Below are positions 27,640 to 37,425 of a DNA stretch of 64,000 nt, one piece after another. The notes below the pieces were generated by a model. It was not told where the DNA came from, made no database searches, and saw only the letters and a program-made list of their open reading frames with translations. A program made the position numbers and the translations under genes. Positions within the stretch are counted from its first letter, which is position 1, and each line of letters starts with the position of its first letter. The stretch is from Patescibacteria group bacterium (GTDB lineage Bacteria > Patescibacteriota > Dojkabacteria > GCA-002793355). The stretch spans positions 527,462-591,461 of the forward strand of contig BOKM01000001.1 in assembly GCA_016860985.1 (NCBI GenBank), given 5' to 3'.

Positions 27640-29612
27640 GTTCGGGAGATGGGCAATTTAATAGCCCGCACGGTATTGCAATTGATTCTACTGGAAATGT
27701 GTACATTGCTGACCGATTTAATCACAGAATTCAAAAATTTACTTCTGCGGGTGTTTATGTAAGTCAATGGGGGAACTACGGCTCCGGCGATGGTCAATTA
27801 GACCAGCCAATTGGGCTTGCAATAGATTCTGCGGACAACGTGTATGTTGTTGAACGCAGTGCAATGGACAGGGTACAAAAATTTGATAGCAGCGGGAATT
27901 TTATATTGAAATGGGGGAGTTATGGTACTGCGGATGGTCAATTTGGAGGAATTAGTGATATTACCATCGATGTAAATGATAACGTCTTCGTTTCAGATGG
28001 TTCGAGAGAAGATATCCAAAGATTTTCTACGGAGGGCGTATTCACGGGTGTAATTGGAGAATCCGGTACCGGCGATGGTCAGTTCCAGTACCCTTATGGT
28101 TTAGCTACTGACCCAGATGGTAGACTCTACGTCGCGGATTACGATAATTACAGAGTCCAAAAATTCGATGCAGCCGGAAACTTTATTATGAAATGGGGAG
28201 TAGAAGGTTCAGGCGCAGGTCAGTTTATGTGGCCACTTCAAGTAGAATACGGTCCAAATCACCTTGTTTATGTATTAGATGACGATAATAGACTACAGTT
28301 CTTTGACTTTGGTGATTACGAAGCGCCCACAGGTACTCCAACTCCCACGCCTACTCCAACTGCTACACCTACACCAACCGCTACGCCAACCCCAACTGCG
28401 ACTATCCCTACAGTAACGAGTGACAGTGTGGTCGGAATCATTAGCAGTGCAGCTACAGTAAACGGAAATGTTACCAGTGATGGTGGCTCTGCCATCACCG
28501 AGCGAGGTGCGGTGTATTCCAGTACCTCCACCACACCGACGCTCTCAGACACCAAGCAAACGACTTCTGGTACCACAGGATCCATGACGTTTGCCATAGT
28601 CGGCTTGCAATCTGGTACACATTACTACCTCCGAGCGTACGCCACAAATGCAGAAGGAACTGCCTACGGGAGTGTAATTGAATTTGATACTCCCGCATCG
28701 GCAGGTACCAGCCCAACAGTGACCACGGGCGTCGTCAGTAGTATCGGAGAAAATGGTGCCACAATAGCAGGTGTTGTAGCATCGGATGGAGGGAATACCA
28801 TTACCCAGCGAGGTATTGTTTACTCGAGCGCCAACCAGTTGCCAACCATTGCGAATGCAAGAGTTATTGTTGCAGGTACTACAGGAAGCTTTACAGGTAC
28901 TATAACAGGGCTTACAACCTCTGTTACCTATTACGCTCGTGCATATGCAACGAATAGTTTGGGGACTTCTTATGGCTCAGTGGTTCAGTTTAGGACTCTA
29001 GAACCTGCTGCACTTCGTAGTGTGTACTATACGTTTGGCAAATTTAAGTACAACAAGTACGTTTCTCCTTCTGCTCTTCGTGCCGGCGATACAGCGTACA
29101 TCAAGAACTACAACACAAGTAAAATCAAATTGATACAAGTGTTCTTGTATGACTATGCGAAAAAAGGAAATCAAGGCTTTGCAAAATCAAAAGTGACCAC
29201 TACCTCAATGTTCCTTCGTACAAGTAGTACTCTTCCTACGGGAAAACGATACGCTTATGTTATGAAATTCCAAGATAAAGCAACGGGAATTGTAGCTACA
29301 AAATACTTTGTCTTCTACACAACAAAAACATGGCAAGGTAAATCAGTTCTAGGGGTCAGCACAACGGCCGTATCTACGGACACTCCAACTGTCACCTCGA
29401 CTCCAACTGCCGGATTTCCTTCAGATGCTGTGGAGCAATCAGTAAACGGTGAAACTGACAATAGCCAGGATATTCCTGCAGTCACTACTGGGATTACTGA
29501 GGATAAAACCGAGAATAAAGAGAGCGGGGCAGCACCCTTACTTATAACGGCAGGAATAGTTTTAGGAGGTGGAGCATTGGCTTATATACTGTTTACAAAG
29601 AAAACCAGCTAG
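27627..29612 (+). CDS. Giant surface protein, C-terminal part: NHL repeats, PT linker, two FN3-like repeats, C-terminal TM anchor
   Basis: Begins mid-repeat (GTLGSGDGQF) without signal peptide; TPTP linker; two SDGGxxITxRGxVYS repeats; TM helix plus KK. Confidence 0.8.
   Translation: MGTLGSGDGQFNSPHGIAIDSTGNVYIADRFNHRIQKFTSAGVYVSQWGNYGSGDGQLDQPIGLAIDSADNVYVVERSAMDRVQKFDSSGNFILKWGSYGTADGQFGGISDITIDVNDNVFVSDGSREDIQRFSTEGVFTGVIGESGTGDGQFQYPYGLATDPDGRLYVADYDNYRVQKFDAAGNFIMKWGVEGSGAGQFMWPLQVEYGPNHLVYVLDDDNRLQFFDFGDYEAPTGTPTPTPTPTATPTPTATPTPTATIPTVTSDSVVGIISSAATVNGNVTSDGGSAITERGAVYSSTSTTPTLSDTKQTTSGTTGSMTFAIVGLQSGTHYYLRAYATNAEGTAYGSVIEFDTPASAGTSPTVTTGVVSSIGENGATIAGVVASDGGNTITQRGIVYSSANQLPTIANARVIVAGTTGSFTGTITGLTTSVTYYARAYATNSLGTSYGSVVQFRTLEPAALRSVYYTFGKFKYNKYVSPSALRAGDTAYIKNYNTSKIKLIQVFLYDYAKKGNQGFAKSKVTTTSMFLRTSSTLPTGKRYAYVMKFQDKATGIVATKYFVFYTTKTWQGKSVLGVSTTAVSTDTPTVTSTPTAGFPSDAVEQSVNGETDNSQDIPAVTTGITEDKTENKESGAAPLLITAGIVLGGGALAYILFTKKTS
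28325..28410 (+). repeat. Pro-Thr low-complexity coding repeat
   Basis: Encodes PTGTPTPTPTPTATPTPTATPTPTATIP; a similar tract lies near 55530-55640. Confidence 0.8.
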
Positions 29613-29655
29613 GTGCTACCAAGGCTCGGTACTTTTAAGGTATAATTCACCATGT

Positions 29656-29727
29656 GGGCGTATAGCTCAGTGGTAGAGCGCTGTTCTTATAAAGCAGTGG
29701 TCCTTGGTCCGATCCCAAGTACGCCCA
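29656..29727 (+). tRNA. tRNA-Ile(TAT)
   Basis: GGGCGTA/TACGCCC acceptor, anticodon arm CTGTT-CTTATAA-AGCAG, T arm CTTGG-TCCGATC-CCAAG; TATAAT at 29641-29646. Confidence 0.88.
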
Positions 29728-29748
29728 ATTTCTTTGTTTTTACGCATT

Positions 29749-30387
29749 ATGATAGAAAGCGCACATCCTCTTCAGAAAAGAATTCCGCACCAAAAGGAAG
29801 TTGAGATTGAATATAGGCACTTTTCGGTTGGTGCCATCCCGTATCGAATTATTGAAGGTAGAGTGGAGGTTTTGGTCCATCACTTTGTGCAAACACCACC
29901 ATTACAAGTAGTATCTGCAGAACCTGTGGTTTTTCAAGATGTTTACAAACTAATGACAGAAACCCCAGAGAAAGGAGAAAATCCAGAGACGACAGTGGCG
30001 AGAGGGCTTAAAGAAGAATTTGGCGCAGCGGGGTTGTGTAAAAATAATTGGAAAATACGGACAAAAACAGTTTATCCGTGGTATTCACCGCAGCAAAAGC
30101 GAGGAATTATGACAGAGAAGACGACCGACTATTTTCTGGTTGAGAATGTAACTTTCGTAGGAGGAAGAGAGACTAATACCCTCGAAGGTCGAAGCAATCT
30201 TGAATGGGTAGAAATTGGTGTTTTAGCAGAGAAAATGGAAGGGCAACTGATTCGATATCCAGAAATCCCCGATGTAGATGAATCAGCCGCGCTTTATGCA
30301 GCTATGAATCATTTGGCATTAAGCAAAGAAGAAGAGAAAATCTTCGCCAATATTGCGTCAGATATTACTAAGAGGTCTTCTCGATAA
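29749..30387 (+). CDS. NUDIX-like hydrolase
   Basis: SVGAIPY then ETPEKGENPETTVARGLKEEFG, a divergent Nudix box. Confidence 0.6.
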   Translation: MIESAHPLQKRIPHQKEVEIEYRHFSVGAIPYRIIEGRVEVLVHHFVQTPPLQVVSAEPVVFQDVYKLMTETPEKGENPETTVARGLKEEFGAAGLCKNNWKIRTKTVYPWYSPQQKRGIMTEKTTDYFLVENVTFVGGRETNTLEGRSNLEWVEIGVLAEKMEGQLIRYPEIPDVDESAALYAAMNHLALSKEEEKIFANIASDITKRSSR

Positions 30388-31411
30388 TGGCAAGCACTTG
30401 AGCAAGTGCTTCTTGGGCGGAATTCGCTTTTATTCTCGCTGCTGCTGATTGTGGGTGCCCGCCTCCTCCAAGCGATTTTGCATACCTATCTACTGGAGTA
30501 TCAGCACTGCTTGCCCTAAAACGTGCGGTATACACATTGTCTTCTAAAAGATGTGGGTAAATAACTACGCCACTTGTTGCAGTTTCTACCAACGAAATAA
30601 CAAGATTCGAGATATAAAGTGCTGCATCACCTAACTTTTTTGAGTCAAGGTCATAGGCAGCCAAATCTTCGTTAGAAAGAAGCGTGTATGCAAATTCTTT
30701 GGTATGTAGTTCTGTATTCTTCATGAATACAGATATTACTTTCAGTGTCGCGAGCTCAATTCGTTCCATGCTGTTTGCAATATGCTCAATACTTACGGTA
30801 CTGTGCGCAAGAAGTTCAGCAGAAATGCTTAAAAGCGGTGCTTGTGAGTGCTGCCCGTAGGCAAACTTGAAGCGGTTCGTATCAGCAATAATTCCGTACA
30901 TTAGACTGTCTGCTACCTTCGGTATGATGGGGAATCCTAACTCTTTATGAAATACCAGGTGTAGATTTGTTGCTGTCGAAGTTGGGTCAATATTTATATA
31001 AACATCTGCCTCGATATCTTTGTGCTCTGCTGGGTGATGGTCGATTATCGCAACAGGTATTCCTGCTTTTTGTATGTATTTTTTTATCTCGCCTGCATCT
31101 AGTTTGCTTGCAAGGTGGAGTTGCCCAAAATCAAGAAAAATAAGCAGGTCAACGCTGTTTTTTTGCAATGTCTCGAATATAGAACCGTTGGTAACCTCGT
31201 TGTAACCGGGAATAAAAGAGAGCGCGGCTGGTATGCGTTCACCGACTGCGAGAACTTCCTTTTTTTGATAATGAGTGAAAAGAATGAACTTCATTGCAGC
31301 CAACGAACTCAACGCATCGGGGTCTGCGCCAGTGTGACAAATTATCATGGGGTTATGACTCTGTCGTATGAGAGAATCAAGTTTCACTATACTTTCTGTG
31401 GCATTATCCAT
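30368..31411 (-). CDS. DHH/DHHA1 phosphoesterase (NrnA-like nanoRNase/pAp phosphatase)
   Basis: HxxADPDA, IDHH, GIIADT and GGGGHPQSA motifs. Confidence 0.9.
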   Translation of the reverse strand: MDNATESIVKLDSLIRQSHNPMIICHTGADPDALSSLAAMKFILFTHYQKKEVLAVGERIPAALSFIPGYNEVTNGSIFETLQKNSVDLLIFLDFGQLHLASKLDAGEIKKYIQKAGIPVAIIDHHPAEHKDIEADVYINIDPTSTATNLHLVFHKELGFPIIPKVADSLMYGIIADTNRFKFAYGQHSQAPLLSISAELLAHSTVSIEHIANSMERIELATLKVISVFMKNTELHTKEFAYTLLSNEDLAAYDLDSKKLGDAALYISNLVISLVETATSGVVIYPHLLEDNVYTARFRASSADTPVDRYAKSLGGGGHPQSAAARIKANSAQEALAQVLAIIEKTS

Positions 31412-31433
31412 ACGAGTATTGTACTATACCTTT

Positions 31434-32582
31434 ATGGCCTTCTTGCAGGACAAAAGGATATTACTACTTCATCCGTTTTTAAATTTCTATGGTGGTGCAG
31501 AATATCTACTCAAAGTTGTTGCCACAGAGATATTCCCTAAGGCAGACATTTATACATTTTCTTATCGCAAAGATATTCTTTCTGAAATGGGAATAGAGGA
31601 GTCTCGAATAATCTCCCCGCTCGGGAGGGGTATTTTCTCTTCTATGTATACACAAACAACCCCCCTCTACCCCTCAATGATGGACACACTCTCCGCAGAT
31701 AACTATGATTTGGTACTTTCCTTTACCTACGGGTATGTACACGGAATTGTTACTGCTCATACTCAACCGCATATCTCTTTTGTTCAGACCCCCATGAGAT
31801 TGCTTTGGCTTAAAGAAAGCGAGCATTATTGGTACGACAAAGTGCCAGTCGTTAGAGAACTGTACAGGAGTATTCTTGCTTGGCAGCGAGTGTGGGATCG
31901 CCAAGCTGCAACCCGCCCCGATTATCTGCTTGCAAACTCACATATAGTTGGCAAGCGGGTCGAAACCTTTTGGGGAAGAACCGCTCAAGTAGTTTATCCA
32001 CCTGTTGATACTGCTTTCTATGCTCCAAGTGAACACGTAACTAAATCGGATTACTTTATTACTCATTCTCGGCTAGTTCGCTACAAAAGAATAGACATAC
32101 TTATTGATGCCTGCATTCAACAGAATAAAAAGCTAATGGTCGTTGGAGATGGTCCCGATTATAAACGCTTAAAAGCAGTTGCTAAAAGGAGTCCACTTAT
32201 TGAATTTACTGGATATGTCTCTCACGAAGAGAAAAGGCATTTATTGCAAGAAGCAAAAGGTTTCCTATTTGCAGCAGAAGAAGATTTTGGTATTGCGCCA
32301 GTAGAAGCACTCGCTGCAGGGACTTCGGTACTCGCCTATGGAAAGGGTGGAGTAACAGAAACGATAACAGCGGACACAGGCATGTTCTTTAAAGAACAAT
32401 CGGCAAAAAGTCTTGCTGGTTCGTTGGAAAATTTTGAGACGTTTGTTGGCCATGTAAATGCTGGAGTCTTAAGTAAACAAGCAGAAAAATTTTCAAAGAA
32501 ACAGTTCGTTGATACGTATTCTGCTACTGTTTCTAACAAGGTTTCAGATTTTGAAAAAAACGGCCCTCCGCTGTTAGCTTAG
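31434..32582 (+). CDS. GT4 family glycosyltransferase
   Basis: GGAE, TPMR, VVYPPVD, SRLVRYKRID, EEDFGIAPVEALAAG. Confidence 0.92.
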   Translation: MAFLQDKRILLLHPFLNFYGGAEYLLKVVATEIFPKADIYTFSYRKDILSEMGIEESRIISPLGRGIFSSMYTQTTPLYPSMMDTLSADNYDLVLSFTYGYVHGIVTAHTQPHISFVQTPMRLLWLKESEHYWYDKVPVVRELYRSILAWQRVWDRQAATRPDYLLANSHIVGKRVETFWGRTAQVVYPPVDTAFYAPSEHVTKSDYFITHSRLVRYKRIDILIDACIQQNKKLMVVGDGPDYKRLKAVAKRSPLIEFTGYVSHEEKRHLLQEAKGFLFAAEEDFGIAPVEALAAGTSVLAYGKGGVTETITADTGMFFKEQSAKSLAGSLENFETFVGHVNAGVLSKQAEKFSKKQFVDTYSATVSNKVSDFEKNGPPLLA

Positions 32583-32644
32583 TTTGACATATTGTGCGAC
32601 TTCACTGTACTATAGAGGTACTATAACTTTACTGCCCCGTTCAT

Positions 32645-33289
32645 ATGGATCAACCAAAATCCGACAAATTTTCAGAACTATCTCCAGTACTCGAGCTCGT
32701 GTATGTGATGCTTACAAACATGGCCAAATATGTTGATGTCTATGCAAATGACATTCAAGCCGAAAAAATAGAACAATATGCCGTTGCTCAAGATGCCTTA
32801 CGTACTGCAATCGCACGCTTTGACGAAATGTATGGATTGCAATCTCCATCTTCAACTCCGCTTGTAGAAGATACAGAAGTCGAACCAGTTCCCGCCCAAG
32901 TAGCAGCACCGGTAGAGGCCGTTGCACCAGTAGCTCCACAAGAACAAAGCGCATACGAATTTGCATCCGGAAATGACCCCGAATCATTAAAGAAAGCAAA
33001 GCAGGCAGTGGAAGAGTTAAAGACCCTTTTTGCTGATATGAAGAACCAAGAGTCAGCCGTACAAACGAGTCAAGAACCAGCGCCTGTTACACTAGAAGCT
33101 CCAGCGGACACCCTAAATCCAACAACTCCAATGCCAACTTTTGTGACTCCTCCAACGCAACCGCAAGCTACAACAACTGAATTGCCAAGCCCTATGAATA
33201 CTCCATCGGCATCACAAGACGCATCCGAAATTGATTCAATCCTCAAAGAGCTAAAGAACCTGCAAAACAAAGGAACGCAGCAGTTGTAA
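32645..33289 (+). CDS. Hypothetical low-complexity protein
   Basis: 214 aa with three helical islands separated by P/T/Q/A-rich linkers. Confidence 0.7.
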   Translation: MDQPKSDKFSELSPVLELVYVMLTNMAKYVDVYANDIQAEKIEQYAVAQDALRTAIARFDEMYGLQSPSSTPLVEDTEVEPVPAQVAAPVEAVAPVAPQEQSAYEFASGNDPESLKKAKQAVEELKTLFADMKNQESAVQTSQEPAPVTLEAPADTLNPTTPMPTFVTPPTQPQATTTELPSPMNTPSASQDASEIDSILKELKNLQNKGTQQL

Positions 33290-33317
33290 AAATTACTACA
33301 ATCACGTACTCTTTGGT

Positions 33318-34244
33318 ATGACCTTTTCGCTACGAGTGGTAGTCGTTGCTTCAGTTTTAGTTCTTACACTCGTTTCCATTTTCTTTGTTTCTGGTTACCA
33401 ACTTGCGCGGCGGAACGAAGAAAACACTTTACTCATTGAGGCTTCTATTTCGCCAACTGCTACGGAGCAATTGCCTAGTGTTGTTCCGACTACTGTTTCG
33501 CCCACACCAACTCCAGTAAACAATAACAATTTTTCACTCGATTATGATTACCCTCCGACTACGCAAAAAAGTGGTACGGTAAGGATTCCAATTTTGACAT
33601 ACCACCATATTGCGGAGTTGCCTGAAAAGTCGAGTAGTAAACCATATTATGTGACGCCAATAATGTTTGAAAGACAGCTACAGTATCTAAAAGACAAAAA
33701 CTACAAAGTCGTTACCGCTCAAGAATTTTACGAGCTTTTAAAAAAAGGGAAGAATCCATCACAAAAAACGGTTATGTTGACCTTTGATGATGGGAGTAAG
33801 GATAACTATAAAAATGCGTATCCTCTGCTGAAGAAATATGGTTTTCCTGGTGTCTTTTATATCAATTCTTCAAAACTGCAAATCACAAAAACGCAATTAA
33901 AAGAAATGTCTGACAATGGCATGAGTATTGAATCGCATACTGCATCACACAAAGATTTAAAGAAAATCACCGACCAATCGGAGCTCGAATCGGAAATCAT
34001 TGGGTCAAAATATGCAATTGAGAAAATAACAGGAAGAAAAGTGTATTCAGTTTCCTACCCAGGCTGCACATATAATGACCGGGTGGTCGATGTGGCCGTG
34101 ATGGCGGGTTATAAATTTGGGGTTACCTGTTCAAAATACATAGATCACTATCCAAGCCGACTCTTCGCACTTTCGCGAATGCACATCTACAATGATTTCA
34201 CTAATTTCAAAAAACGGCTTTCTGGGTACTGGATTATTCCGTAA
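33318..34244 (+). CDS. Polysaccharide deacetylase (NodB/CE4), membrane-anchored
   Basis: PILTYH, LTFDDG, SHTASH, SYPG; N-terminal TM and PT linker. Confidence 0.92.
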   Translation: MTFSLRVVVVASVLVLTLVSIFFVSGYQLARRNEENTLLIEASISPTATEQLPSVVPTTVSPTPTPVNNNNFSLDYDYPPTTQKSGTVRIPILTYHHIAELPEKSSSKPYYVTPIMFERQLQYLKDKNYKVVTAQEFYELLKKGKNPSQKTVMLTFDDGSKDNYKNAYPLLKKYGFPGVFYINSSKLQITKTQLKEMSDNGMSIESHTASHKDLKKITDQSELESEIIGSKYAIEKITGRKVYSVSYPGCTYNDRVVDVAVMAGYKFGVTCSKYIDHYPSRLFALSRMHIYNDFTNFKKRLSGYWIIP

Positions 34245-35391
34245 CCGGTAGCTGTTTCTCTTTCTGTTTGAGATACGTATGTATTTGTAGACCAATGGCA
34301 AACAGTACAAGCGCAAAAGTTGCCAATGTGAGCTTGGTGATTGAGTCAGAAGACGAAAGTAACCCAGCCAAAAAGATGTAAACGGCTGCCGAAAATCTTC
34401 CGAGCAAGCTTTTTAGTGACAAAATGCTGCTTCGTACTGGTGATGGTGTTTTTTCCTGAATATCGAGTTCGAGCTCGGTCTCAATTGCGCCAACTGCAAT
34501 CATTACGAGAAAAATCATAACGGGTATAAGGATTGGGTGCACAATATAACCAAGCAAGAAGACAAAGTTTGCAAGCGCAACAAGAAGTGCAATCGTTGCT
34601 TTTTTACCCGAAATTTTCTTTTGAATTTGTACTCCAACAAAGCGACCAAGGTAAAAGACTGCGATAAGTAAACCCCAATATTGAACTGGGATATGGACTA
34701 TATCAAGCAGGTTTCCATATAGCCACTTTACATTGTTTGAAAAGGCAAAAATGATGGCATAAACTACAAGAAGGCCTCTGAGTACCGTACTATTTTTGAA
34801 AACAGTAATACCTTCGAGTGCTTTTTCAAAGGGGTTTGCCTTTTCACCTTCTGTAGGTTTGCTGTGGGTTTCAGGGAGTGTTTGCAGGATAAAAAACGCC
34901 GCAATAAAAGTGAATGCATTTAGGAGAAGAGGTAGTAGTGGATTAATCTTGAATAGGAATGTACCAAGCGTAATCCCCAAGAGTGTCGAAATCATTGCTA
35001 CATTTTTAGCGTTTGGATAGAATGGTTTGTACTCATTTCCTAACACATCATGCATGTATGCCTGATCAGAGCCGGAAATCAGCGAGGTCCCAAGCGCAAA
35101 AACAAGGGTTCCTAGTCCAAGCATCCATGTTCCAACGGCAAAAGCCATAAATAAGCTTCCGACTGCTGTGATTAGGTAACCAAGCATCGTAGAAATTTTG
35201 TGTGAGTATGTATCTCCAATAACACCGGTAGGATACTCTAGGAGGACTACGGCAAGTGAATAAACGGCAATTATTCCATAGGCCTCGCCTAAAGGTACCT
35301 GCTTTAGCTCTGCAAAAGGTAACCAAATTGGAATCCAAAAGGCAAAAGAAGTAAGTATCGAAATAGCGAGTAATTTTTTCTTCAGTGTCAT
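34234..35391 (-). CDS. MFS transporter
   Basis: About 12 TM helices; EYPTGVIGDTYSHK, SGSDQA, VRSSILS. Confidence 0.88.
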   Translation of the reverse strand: MTLKKKLLAISILTSFAFWIPIWLPFAELKQVPLGEAYGIIAVYSLAVVLLEYPTGVIGDTYSHKISTMLGYLITAVGSLFMAFAVGTWMLGLGTLVFALGTSLISGSDQAYMHDVLGNEYKPFYPNAKNVAMISTLLGITLGTFLFKINPLLPLLLNAFTFIAAFFILQTLPETHSKPTEGEKANPFEKALEGITVFKNSTVLRGLLVVYAIIFAFSNNVKWLYGNLLDIVHIPVQYWGLLIAVFYLGRFVGVQIQKKISGKKATIALLVALANFVFLLGYIVHPILIPVMIFLVMIAVGAIETELELDIQEKTPSPVRSSILSLKSLLGRFSAAVYIFLAGLLSSSDSITKLTLATFALVLFAIGLQIHTYLKQKEKQLPVTE

Positions 35392-35414
35392 ACAGGATAG
35401 TAACCCAAAAATCA

Positions 35415-35891
35415 CTATTTGAGAATTGTTATTCTTACTGTACCAGCTGGCGTATCTGCAAAAATATCTTGTCCAATTTTGCCATTTAGGAGTGCCTGCC
35501 CAATGGGGGAGTCAACCGAAATTTTACCCTCTTCCGGTAAAGCTTCTTCGCTTGAAACCAAGGTCACTTCTGCAGGTTTACTTCCTTCTATTTGAATTGT
35601 TATTTTGCTCCCAATGTGAATCTTGTCGTGCTCTTTGTGTGGTGAGTAAATCTTTGCTCTTAAGAGTAACCTTCGGAGTTCGTTTCTTCTGGCCATTGTG
35701 TTTTGCAAGTCGATACTCGCAGTAATCCAAGGATTATTTTCGGGCATATCGCCGTCTTCGTAGGCAGTAGCCAACCGCGTTCGTATCTCTGGAAGAAGTG
35801 TTGTGTTTATATGTTGTATTTCGTCTTTAATTTCTTGAATCTTCTGTTGAGTCAAGAAAAGCGGCGAAAGTAATATCGCTTTTTTAGCCAT
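35415..35891 (-). CDS. greA: GreA/GreB transcription elongation factor
   Basis: Coiled coil with GDMPEN tip; ISVDSPIGQALL; TPAG. Confidence 0.88.
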   Translation of the reverse strand: MAKKAILLSPLFLTQQKIQEIKDEIQHINTTLLPEIRTRLATAYEDGDMPENNPWITASIDLQNTMARRNELRRLLLRAKIYSPHKEHDKIHIGSKITIQIEGSKPAEVTLVSSEEALPEEGKISVDSPIGQALLNGKIGQDIFADTPAGTVRITILK

Positions 35892-35992
35892 AACGCATAT
35901 TGTAAGTGAGAAACTATCGAAAACTAGTGAAGAGGCGCTCGGTAACAACGGTTCCGAGGAACTCTTTGTGTGTGTGCATCAATTTGAAAAAA

Positions 35993-36064
35993 TTGCGGGA
36001 CTTGGACTCGAACCAAGAACCTTCAGGTTATGGGCCTGACGAGCTGCCTTTGCTCCATCCCGCG
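35993..36064 (-). tRNA. Initiator tRNA-fMet(CAT)
   Basis: CGCGGGATGGAGC..., C1:A72 mismatch, anticodon arm TCAGG-CCCATAA-CCTGA; TGGTATAAT upstream. Confidence 0.92.
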
Positions 36065-36128
36065 ATATCAAGGGAATTATACCACTCAAATGGTGGACGG
36101 GCAAGCCGCAACGGGGTAAAATACGGGT

Positions 36129-36674
36129 ATGAAATTAGATGTTGTTGTCCCAAAAGAACGAGGGGAAATTTTAAAAGCGACTGCAAAGCTGCTGCATGAA
36201 TCATATGGCGTTGAAAGCGAACAGTTAGACAATTCGATAGTTTGTGTAATAGATTTTGGCCCAGGAATGGGGAAAACTCCTTGTGTGTTGGCTCCAGTGT
36301 CACAGAGAGAGTATCCAATGGTTCGTATTGCTCTAAATGACACTGCAGTCGACATAACCGAAGTTCAGCGTTATCTTGCCGCGCAACTTCACGATTCAAC
36401 AATAAAGGAACCTTTTTATTACATTGTTCCGATAAAAGGTCAGCAGCTAGGGTATATTCGCGTCGGAACGGTCGAATATTTCCCAGACGAAATGGCAGAG
36501 GCCCCTTCAGTCGGAATAAAAATCAACTTTGGGGTGTTTCTTCGAGCTCAGGGGCAAGGAAAGCCCTTAACCCAAACGAGAGGGAATGAACCAGTGAAAA
36601 TGATTGCAGCAAGTCGCGTGGGCTTTGCCCGATTAAAATCAAATCCACACCTTAAAGGGGTGTTGGAGGCGTAG
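36129..36674 (+). CDS. Hypothetical protein
   Basis: 181 aa ORF; TAAAAT 6 nt before ATG; ends 4 nt before the next gene. Confidence 0.6.
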   Translation: MKLDVVVPKERGEILKATAKLLHESYGVESEQLDNSIVCVIDFGPGMGKTPCVLAPVSQREYPMVRIALNDTAVDITEVQRYLAAQLHDSTIKEPFYYIVPIKGQQLGYIRVGTVEYFPDEMAEAPSVGIKINFGVFLRAQGQGKPLTQTRGNEPVKMIAASRVGFARLKSNPHLKGVLEA

Positions 36675-36678
36675 TCGT

Positions 36679-37425
36679 ATGAAATTGCACGTGTATCTTC
36701 GAAACCTTGGTATCGGTTCTCGTCGCGCCGCAGAAGCACTCGTAAGTGAAGGAAGGGTTGAAGTCGATGGCAAAATCGGTACTGTTGGGCAGATAGTTGA
36801 GGGTTCGGAGCATATTAGAATCGATGGGCATGCAATTAGCGGGCAACTGTCAGGTGAAAAGTCGTATATACTGATTAATAAACCTGCTGGATATACCTCA
36901 ACAACCGCGCAGTTTTTTGACAACGAACACTCCGTTCTCGAAATTCTCCCATACGAGGTAAGGTCAAAGACTCAGTGGCAGATTGTGGGAAGATTAGATA
37001 AAAATTCTGAGGGGTTATTGTTACTCACTAATAATGGTGACGTCTCCTACACGTTAACTCATCCGAAGTTTGAAGTCGCGAAAGAATATGTAGTTGAAGT
37101 AAGTGGATCAATTAGTGAGCATCAGCAATCTGTATTGAAAAGTGGTTATCAGTCACCTACTGGAGTTACATACACGTTCAAAGAAATTCGACAAATTGGA
37201 AACTCGCAGTATTCAATCGTGCTCACCGAAGGAAAAAAACGTGAAATCAGAGAGGCTCTCGGCGCATTGCAGGTGCACGTACTCCGACTGAAGAGAATAA
37301 AGCTAGGTGTTCTGGAGCTTGGTGACTTAAAGGAAGGTGAGTGGCGAGAATTGAACCCTTCTGAGGTAAGCGAGTTAGCGCGATACGTCGAGCGGGTCAA
37401 GGATGCCGTTTTGCAAAAAGTGTAA
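36679..37425 (+). CDS. rRNA pseudouridine synthase, RsuA/RluB family
   Basis: N-terminal S4 domain (SRRAAE), NKPAG, GRLDKNSEGLLLLTN, EGKKREIR. Confidence 0.93.
   Translation: MKLHVYLRNLGIGSRRAAEALVSEGRVEVDGKIGTVGQIVEGSEHIRIDGHAISGQLSGEKSYILINKPAGYTSTTAQFFDNEHSVLEILPYEVRSKTQWQIVGRLDKNSEGLLLLTNNGDVSYTLTHPKFEVAKEYVVEVSGSISEHQQSVLKSGYQSPTGVTYTFKEIRQIGNSQYSIVLTEGKKREIREALGALQVHVLRLKRIKLGVLELGDLKEGEWRELNPSEVSELARYVERVKDAVLQKV

Noticed and set aside
29704-29748. ORF-track N-terminal extensions at 29704 and 50178
   Set aside because: They start inside tRNA genes; the downstream ATGs (29749, 50223) are more plausible.
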